In this document: positions 57,254 through 64,000 of the stretch, in pieces | Layout of the letters: every line of letters begins with the position of its first letter | Numbering within the stretch: the stretch's first letter is position 1 | Source of the DNA: an uncultured cyanobacterium | GTDB lineage: Bacteria; Cyanobacteriota; Cyanobacteriia; Cyanobacteriales; Cyanobacteriaceae | Direction: 5' to 3' | Assembly: GCA_963710605.1 (NCBI GenBank) | Contig: CAVQBA010000004.1 | Location: forward strand, 480,001-544,000 | DNA: 64,000 bases | Program-made: the position numbers and the translations under genes | Notes under the pieces: generated by a model | Database searches by the model: none | Told to the model about the DNA's origin: nothing | The model's input: only the letters and a program-made list of their open reading frames with translations

Positions 57254-58012
57254 ATGTCTGTTTCTCAAACTAAAAAATGTCCTATTTGTGATACGCCTTA
57301 TACTCAAAGTCAAAAGCGATGTAGTCAATGTAGTTGGGATTTGACATTGTATCACGATGGTTTTTTGTCGAACGAGCAATCATTGAAAGTTCATATTTCA
57401 GCTCGAAAAATTTATAGTTATCTACAAAAATATCGTGAAATGGTTAAACAAATGCAACAAAAAATAAAATTGTCTCAAAAAAAAGAAGATGATTTACATG
57501 ATGAAAACGATCGATTAAAGCAAGAATTAGAGGAATCAAAACTATTACCATTACAAATATATGAACTTGAATTACAAATTAATAAGTTACAAACACAAAT
57601 TAAACAACTAGAGTCAGAAAAAAGAGAAAATCAGATTGAAGTTAATCAAAGTTTGGAACAATATGTAATAAATCAAGATAATCGAAATACTAGTTTTGTG
57701 TCTAAAAAAGGAATTCAAGTAACACCGACTAAAAAAAGTTTAGAAGATATTTATTTGAATAAAGCAGATGAAATCGTTTTTGAGGTATCGAATCAAAATG
57801 ATTATTGGATAGTAGAATTAGAATCAACAGTTTATTGTTTATTACCAAATAAAAATTTAGATATTAAACGTAACTTGAAAGCGATTAGACATTTTTTTGA
57901 ATTAGTTGATTATCAAGATAATACAACTTGGGAAGTGGTTAAATTAGCTTTAGTTGAAAAAATAAATATCGATTGATGGAAGTTTAAAACACAAGGTATT
58001 TTACAGTTTTGA
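57254..58012 (+). CDS. Zn-ribbon - coiled coil - shared C-terminal domain protein (paralog 1); internal TGA at 57974-57976
   Basis: CPIC...CSQCSWDL; conserved tail WKFKTQGILQF lies after the TGA. Confidence 0.78.
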
Positions 58013-58051
58013 TTATTACTAAATAACAATAAGTTATCTTACTATGAAATT

Positions 58052-58822
58052 ATGTCTTCTACTCACACTAAACAATGTCCAATTTGTGATTCAACTTGTT
58101 TATCGACAGAAACAGTTTGTACAAAATGTGGCTGGGATTTAACAATCAATCATGATTGTCATCTAGATGAAAAAATATTGCAGAAAATTCAAACAGTAAC
58201 TCGTAATGTTTATCAAAAATTCAGAAGATTAACGAAACGTTATCGCCAAGAAAGAAATGAATTAAAAACTCAAATGGATGAAATTAAAGATTTACCAAAA
58301 CAAATGTTTCAATTGCAACTACATGCTTCTAAATTAAAAAAAGAAAACGATCGATTGAAACAAGAAATAGAAAAATTACAAGTTGACAAGTTGAAGACGC
58401 AAATTGAACAATTTGACGATAAAAAAAGTAAAGACAAAATGAAGGTTGAAGAAAATATAGAGCAACATTCGATCGTTCAAGATTATCAAAATACTGATTT
58501 TTTAATGAAAAATGGTATTAAAGTAACGCCTACAAAAAAAACCTTAAAAGATATTTACTTAAATACAGTTAAGGAGATTATTTTCTATCCTGCTAAAGGT
58601 AATGATTATTGGATAGTGGAATTAGAATCAGGAATTTATGGTTTACTACCAAATGAAAATCTTGATATTAAGCGTAACTTAAAAGCGATTAGATATTTTT
58701 TTGAATTGATTGATTATGATGATAATTCTACTTCTACTTGTAAAGTGATTAAATTAGCTCAAGTTGAGAAAATAAATATCGATTGATGGAAGTTTAAAAC
58801 ACAAGGTATTTTACAGTTTTGA
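58052..58822 (+). CDS. Zn-ribbon - coiled coil - shared domain protein (paralog 2, chimeric); internal TGA at 58784-58786
   Basis: CPIC...CTKCGWDL; the same post-TGA tail WKFKTQGILQF. Confidence 0.78.
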
Positions 58823-58861
58823 TCATTACTAAACAACACTAAGTTATTCTACTATGAAATT

Positions 58862-59791
58862 ATGTCTTCTACTATTTACCCTAAAAAATGTCCAATTTGT
58901 GATTCAACTTGTTTATCGACAGAAACAGTTTGTACAAAATGTGGCTGGGATTTAACTTTGAATCATGATTATCATCATCTAGATGAAAAAATATTGCAGA
59001 AAACTCAAACAGCAACTCGTATTGTTTATCAAAAACTAAAAAAACTAACGAGCCGTTATCGCCAAGAAAGAGATGAATTAAGAACTCAAATGGATGAAAT
59101 AAAAGATTTACCACAACAAGTATTTGAATTACAATTACGGATTTCAGAGTTAGAAAAAGAAATAGAATCATCGTCTTTACAACAAAAAGATATTGAGCAA
59201 TTAAAGCAAGAAATATTATTAGAATTAGAAAATAAATTTAGAGATATTATTGAAAGACAAAATTTACAATCCACAGCACCTTCATCTAATGTTTTAAAAG
59301 AAAATTTCAAACAAGAAGAAAACGATAATATTCGAGCGACTGAAGATATTGATAACACTGAAAACAAACAAGAAAAAAACGATCGACATGATAATCAGCA
59401 ACCACAAATAAATAATAATGAAGAGAGTTATGTTATTAGAGAGTATTCTCAAAATACTAAAGTTTTCTCTCAATATACTTATAAAGTTACACTAACAAAA
59501 AAATGTTTAGAAAATATTTATATTAATAGAGCAAATGAAATTATATTTGAAATTTCTAATCAAAGTGATTATTGGGTATTTAATCACAATACAATACATT
59601 GCTATTTGTTACCAAAATTAGATTTTAAAATTAATATTAATATTAAAGCAGTAAGAACAATCTTTGAGTTACAACAATATAAAGAAAATAATACTTCTAA
59701 GCAATTTTTAGTTACCAAACCTGCTCGTGTTCAAGAAATAGACAATCAAAAGTGGAAATTAATCGAGCGAGGTATTCTCAGTTTTAACTAA
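58862..59791 (+). CDS. Zn-ribbon - coiled coil - shared domain protein (paralog 3)
   Basis: CPIC...CTKCGWDL; ends KPARV...KWKLIERGILSFN. Confidence 0.85.
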   Translation: MSSTIYPKKCPICDSTCLSTETVCTKCGWDLTLNHDYHHLDEKILQKTQTATRIVYQKLKKLTSRYRQERDELRTQMDEIKDLPQQVFELQLRISELEKEIESSSLQQKDIEQLKQEILLELENKFRDIIERQNLQSTAPSSNVLKENFKQEENDNIRATEDIDNTENKQEKNDRHDNQQPQINNNEESYVIREYSQNTKVFSQYTYKVTLTKKCLENIYINRANEIIFEISNQSDYWVFNHNTIHCYLLPKLDFKININIKAVRTIFELQQYKENNTSKQFLVTKPARVQEIDNQKWKLIERGILSFN

Positions 59792-59823
59792 TTTATTATT
59801 AATATTATTATGAAAAATAAAGT

Positions 59824-59940
59824 ACAAAATAATCCCCCTCTATCCCCCTTTCAAAGGGGGAAGGTTAAGGATACTTCACTTTTGTTTGAGGGGAGACTTA
59901 CAAATAATGAATGTACATCATAATGATGAAAAATTCTATA
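59824..59940. mobile_element. Truncated MITE copy flanked by a 30-bp direct repeat
   Basis: Matches 23730-23824; repeats at 59794-59823 and 59939-59968. Confidence 0.7.
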
Positions 59941-59954
59941 TTATTAATATTATT

Positions 59955-61454
59955 ATGAAAAATAAAGTTATTCAATTAATTATTATCGGCTTTTTTTTAC
60001 CTATATTTTTAAATAGTTGTAATCAAAATAATCAGCAAACTAACCAAACTAAAAGTGAGGAAGAAAAAATAGCTGAAGTAGTTACTATCGAAGAAAAATG
60101 GAGTGATGAAAAACAACAATTATACGATACTCTTAAACAAGAATATATTGCTTTTAATCAATATTTACAGCCTGAAAGCGATTTACTAAATCTGTTTGAA
60201 GAGCAAAGTAAAACTTCACCAACTAATATTGAGTTTAATCCTTCAAATCCAGATACAAATGAAATAGTTAATTTTACCGAGCAATACCAAAAGTTTTTTG
60301 ATTCTATTAGTGAATTAGAACAAGAATTTCCTGTAGAGCAACAAAATGTAGTTGAAAATATAGCTACGCAACTGAAGCAGTCTTCTGAAGATAATATTAG
60401 TTTAGCATCGATTGAATCTTTATTAGATGACCAGCAACTAACTCAAACAGAAATTTGTGAAAATATACAACTACCTTTACAAATAATAACTCAACAAAAT
60501 GACCCTGATTGTGGTATTTTTGGTCAGCAAACTTATACCGAATTAACTAATTTTTTAATACAAGAAAATCAAGAATTAGAATTTAAAATTAATCAACTAG
60601 ATACGATTGTAACACAACTTAAAAACTCCGAGCAAGAATCTTTAAATTCTAATATTAATCAAAATAAAGATAAAACAAATATTACTCAAAGTAAAGTAAA
60701 AACTGATAATTCGTTACCTATAGTTTTGCTTACTATTACTATTATTTTTAGTGTATTAAGTTTAATTGCTAGTATCTTCAACTATTTAGCAATTAAAAAA
60801 TTAAAAACAAGCAATCAACAAGCTAATGAAAATATAGATGAAAATAACAAAACAGAAATTGAACAATTAAAGTCTCAGATTGACAGCTATCTAGAAAAAA
60901 TAGCAATATTTGAAAGTAATACTCAAAAAATTCAAAATACTTTAGAAAATCAATCTATCACAATAAGAGAATTAGAAAATAAAAATCAACCTAAAAATAT
61001 AAACCCTTCTCGTATTAATAACTTACCGCCACAAAAATTATCTTCTAATTCCGAGGTATCAACAAATACTCATTTAGCACAAATTTATCAGCAAAATCCT
61101 AATAACCTACTACAAAATGGAACAAAAGTGGGTATGACAAAACAAACCACTAACAAAATTTTAGGTGGTGTATGGGATAATATTTTTTTAGAAGAAAATA
61201 GACGTACAGGAGAATACATAATTGTTAATCGTAATAACAGCGATAATAACAAATGTTATCTGTTTTTAGATCCTCATTCAATGTTTAATCCTCAGACTTT
61301 GGGTACTATTCATAAATCAGGTTTATTTGTTTGTCATGGTAACTTAGCCCAAAGTAGAAAGGGAGGTGAAATTACCATCAATAAACCCGCAACCGTAAAC
61401 AAAACACAACAAGGCTGGATGTTGATAGAAGCAGGAGAAATTAGTTTACCTTAA
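59955..61454 (+). CDS. Putative lipoprotein with internal TM helix, coiled coil and C-terminal shared domain
   Basis: MKNKVIQLIIIGFFLPIFLNSC lipobox (ATG 59955 preferred over TTG 59886); TM LPIVLL...IFNYL; ends KPATV...GWMLIEAGEISLP. Confidence 0.78.
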   Translation: MKNKVIQLIIIGFFLPIFLNSCNQNNQQTNQTKSEEEKIAEVVTIEEKWSDEKQQLYDTLKQEYIAFNQYLQPESDLLNLFEEQSKTSPTNIEFNPSNPDTNEIVNFTEQYQKFFDSISELEQEFPVEQQNVVENIATQLKQSSEDNISLASIESLLDDQQLTQTEICENIQLPLQIITQQNDPDCGIFGQQTYTELTNFLIQENQELEFKINQLDTIVTQLKNSEQESLNSNINQNKDKTNITQSKVKTDNSLPIVLLTITIIFSVLSLIASIFNYLAIKKLKTSNQQANENIDENNKTEIEQLKSQIDSYLEKIAIFESNTQKIQNTLENQSITIRELENKNQPKNINPSRINNLPPQKLSSNSEVSTNTHLAQIYQQNPNNLLQNGTKVGMTKQTTNKILGGVWDNIFLEENRRTGEYIIVNRNNSDNNKCYLFLDPHSMFNPQTLGTIHKSGLFVCHGNLAQSRKGGEITINKPATVNKTQQGWMLIEAGEISLP

Positions 61455-61577
61455 ATCGAATTAATTAATTATTGATAATTAATCTCTCATTATGTATTTA
61501 TCTTATAATTAGTCAAATAGTAATAATACTTAAAAAAATTAAAGTAAGTAAAATTTTTTTTGTTTGTAATTTAGATT

Positions 61578-62858
61578 ATGACGCAATCTTCTTATGATAA
61601 TGAATCTCAGCTAGAGCCTATTTATGATAAAATTCAACAACTAGATAAAAAGCTACAAAATTTAGAAAAATCTAGCCAGAAAGTAATCGTTACTGGAGGT
61701 AAGAAAAACTTTCAGCCAAAACCGCTATTCGTCAGCCAAGAAGAATTAATTAATTTATATAATTATTTACCAAATACATTGCTTGAGTATATTACTCCTG
61801 TTAATGTTACTGCTGATACCTACAGAGCAAAAACAAATAATAAAGTATATTTAGAATATAATTTGAATGGTTATTATTGGGTGATTTTAACTGAATCTGA
61901 ATCTCAAAAAGATTGTTGGTTAGTACCTAATGCCAATCGTAGAAATAATTTTCATCGTTTGCAAGACAAAATAAAATCTCTATTTATTATTCAAGGAAAT
62001 TTAGATAGTTATGATTATATTTTACAAAAACCAGCAAAAATAGAAATTTTTTCCAACGGTTTAAGATGGATTTTGATTAAGCAAGGTTGTTTACAAATAG
62101 GTAAAACTTCTCCTGCTGAGCAACTAATTAAAAAAATAGAAAATATTGAAAATAATAAAAACAAAGAAATACCAGAAATTATTATTATTAATAGTCAAAA
62201 CAAGATTAGTAAATTAAGTAATCAAATTAAAGAATATCAACAAAAAATTAATTCATTAGAAAATAATATTTATAAGCTTCAGCAAACTATAGAAAGTAAC
62301 TTATTAAGATTAAACAAATTAGAAAATCTAAATTTAAATCAAAATTACGACAATTGTTCATTATTACAACAATTAAAACAAGAAATATTATTAGAATTAG
62401 ATAATAAATTAAAAATAATTATTTCTCAACAAAATATTAATAGTTCTCAAGTAAAAAAAGAACATAATCATCAACTACAAATAAATAGTAAAGAAGAAAA
62501 AAAATTAATTAAATATTATTATTATAAAAGCGAAAAATTAGCTCACTATGGCTATAGAGTTACGTTAACTATAGAAAGTTTGGAAGATATTTACGCAAAT
62601 AGAGTAAATAAAATTATTTTTGAAAAATTTGCTCAAAGTAATTATTGTATATTTAAACTAAAGTCAGAAATTTACTATTTATTACCTGAATTTAATTTTA
62701 AAATTAGGACTAATATTAAAAGCCTAAAAACAATTTTTACAATTAAAAATTATAGAGATAACATTTCTAAACAATTTGAAGTTATTAAACCTGCCCATGT
62801 TAAAAAAATAAAATCTGACAAATGGGAATTAACAAAGCGAGGAATTCTCGAATTTTAA
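61578..62858 (+). CDS. Coiled-coil protein with two copies of the shared domain (chimeric)
   Basis: N-half nearly identical to 62947..63999; C-half resembles paralog 3. Confidence 0.82.
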   Translation: MTQSSYDNESQLEPIYDKIQQLDKKLQNLEKSSQKVIVTGGKKNFQPKPLFVSQEELINLYNYLPNTLLEYITPVNVTADTYRAKTNNKVYLEYNLNGYYWVILTESESQKDCWLVPNANRRNNFHRLQDKIKSLFIIQGNLDSYDYILQKPAKIEIFSNGLRWILIKQGCLQIGKTSPAEQLIKKIENIENNKNKEIPEIIIINSQNKISKLSNQIKEYQQKINSLENNIYKLQQTIESNLLRLNKLENLNLNQNYDNCSLLQQLKQEILLELDNKLKIIISQQNINSSQVKKEHNHQLQINSKEEKKLIKYYYYKSEKLAHYGYRVTLTIESLEDIYANRVNKIIFEKFAQSNYCIFKLKSEIYYLLPEFNFKIRTNIKSLKTIFTIKNYRDNISKQFEVIKPAHVKKIKSDKWELTKRGILEF

Positions 62859-62946
62859 CTTAGAACGATCGCTTTTTGTCTTTACGATAAAAATAAAATT
62901 ATTAAATTAACTATTACTTATATTATCTCTATTTCTAATTTAGATT

Positions 62947-63999
62947 ATGACGCAATCTTCTTATGATAATGAATCTCAGCTAGAGCCTATTTATGATAAA
63001 ATTCAACAACTAGATAAAAAGCTACAAAATTTAGAAAAATCTAGCCAAAAAGTAATTGTTACGGGTGGTAAAAAAGACTTTCAGCCAAAACCGCTATTTG
63101 TTAGCCAAGAAGAATTAATTAATCTCTACAATTATTTACCGAATATATTACTCGAATATATTACGCCTGTTAGTATTACAGCAGATACTTACAGAGCAAA
63201 AACTAATAATAATATTTATTTGGAATATAACTTAAATGGTCACTATTGGGTGATTTTAACTGAATACGAATCTCATAAAAATTATTGGTTAGTACCTAAT
63301 GCCAATAGAAAAAATAATTTTCACCGTTTACAAGATAGAATAAAATCTTTATTTATTATTCAAGGAGATTTAAATAGTTATAATTATACGTTAGAAAAAC
63401 TAGCAGGAATTGAAATTTTAGCTGATGGTTTAAAATGGTATTTAATTGAAAAAGGTTATTTACAGATAGGCAAAACTTCTCCGATAGAACAACTTATTAA
63501 AAAGCTAGAAAAACTAAAAACTGAAAATGGTGAAATACCGCAAAATATTATTGGTTTAGTTGAATCTATTGATTTATATTATCAAAAAACTTTAAATATT
63601 GAAAAAGAACAAAAAGAGCTAACAAAAGCAGTAGTTAAAATAACTGATATAATAATTACTAATAATAATAAGTTAACTAAAACAACTAATAAACTAGAAC
63701 AAACTATTCATAAGTTAGAGAAAGAAGTTTATCAAACGATTGATCATAATCAACAACAAAATTTAGAAAATTTAGCAACTTTTGAACAAAACTTTGAACA
63801 AAAAATAAAAATAATTAGTACTAAAGTAAGCGAAAATTACCAAGAAAAACAAATATTAAGAGATGATTATGAAAAACTAAATAAAGATTTTAAACAACAA
63901 CAAAGAAAAGTTAAAAACATTAATAGTAATCTTGGTTGTCTTAATTTTTTACTCATCGTAGTAGTCTTAGTTTTATCAATAATTTTAATTAATATATAA
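62947..63999 (+). CDS. Shared domain - coiled coil - C-terminal TM (tail-anchored) protein
   Basis: N-terminus MTQSSYDNESQLEP...; ends LNFLLIVVVLVLSIILINI. Confidence 0.82.
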   Translation: MTQSSYDNESQLEPIYDKIQQLDKKLQNLEKSSQKVIVTGGKKDFQPKPLFVSQEELINLYNYLPNILLEYITPVSITADTYRAKTNNNIYLEYNLNGHYWVILTEYESHKNYWLVPNANRKNNFHRLQDRIKSLFIIQGDLNSYNYTLEKLAGIEILADGLKWYLIEKGYLQIGKTSPIEQLIKKLEKLKTENGEIPQNIIGLVESIDLYYQKTLNIEKEQKELTKAVVKITDIIITNNNKLTKTTNKLEQTIHKLEKEVYQTIDHNQQQNLENLATFEQNFEQKIKIISTKVSENYQEKQILRDDYEKLNKDFKQQQRKVKNINSNLGCLNFLLIVVVLVLSIILINI

Positions 64000-64000
64000 T

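Noticed and set aside
56644-58786. Genetic-code reassignment or selenocysteine at the in-frame TGAs
   Set aside because: TGA ends other genes normally (e.g. 52093, 58012, 58822); the aligned residue is Lys-like, not Cys/Trp; all three are explained by CGA->TGA in CGATCGA
4841-59367. Short antisense/overlapping ORFs (e.g. 4841, 6341, 8263, 11868, 12290, 12521, 15091, 23150, 26992, 31843, 36077, 37469, 37830, 38603, 39599, 46875, 46982, 49370, 49896, 51347, 52511, 57179, 58881, 59086)
   Set aside because: Shadows of well-supported genes or repeat-derived/low-complexity frames with no recognisable motifs
59886-59954. TTG start at 59886
   Set aside because: Lies within the inserted MITE fragment; ATG 59955 gives a clean lipoprotein signal
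57254-63999. Diversity-generating retroelement acting on the paralog array
   Set aside because: No reverse transcriptase in the window, and differences between copies are not adenine-restricted

Overview
AT-rich cyanobacterial chromosome segment (phycocyanin operon, pcyA, abundant CGATCG/HIP1-core sites; Cyanobacterium/Geminocystis-like, inferred). Positions 1-51.3 kb hold mostly housekeeping genes (cpcBA-C2-C1-D, gor, NDH-2, fur, pcyA, gcvP, hmpF, cinA, bicA, guaA, moaA, tRNA-Val). They also hold a Ser/Thr kinase / pseudokinase / FHA-WD40 / COP23 signalling cassette and many heptamer arrays, MITEs and tiny hairpin elements, some nested. The standout is a co-directional cluster at 51.6-64 kb: a 4-TM membrane protein, a divergent tubulin/FtsZ-like GTPase, a ~1111-aa actin/Hsp70-fold ATPase, and six tandem, partly chimeric coiled-coil proteins. 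These six share an unnamed ~90-100 aa domain and carry Zn-ribbon, lipoprotein or TM modules. All five reading-frame breaks I found (cpcC1, tubulin-like gene, actin-fold gene, two Zn-ribbon paralogs) are repaired by restoring a GATC within or next to CGATCG (GATTC->GATC or GATT->GATC). This points to methylation-linked base-calling errors or a motif-specific mutational process, so the genes are probably intact.
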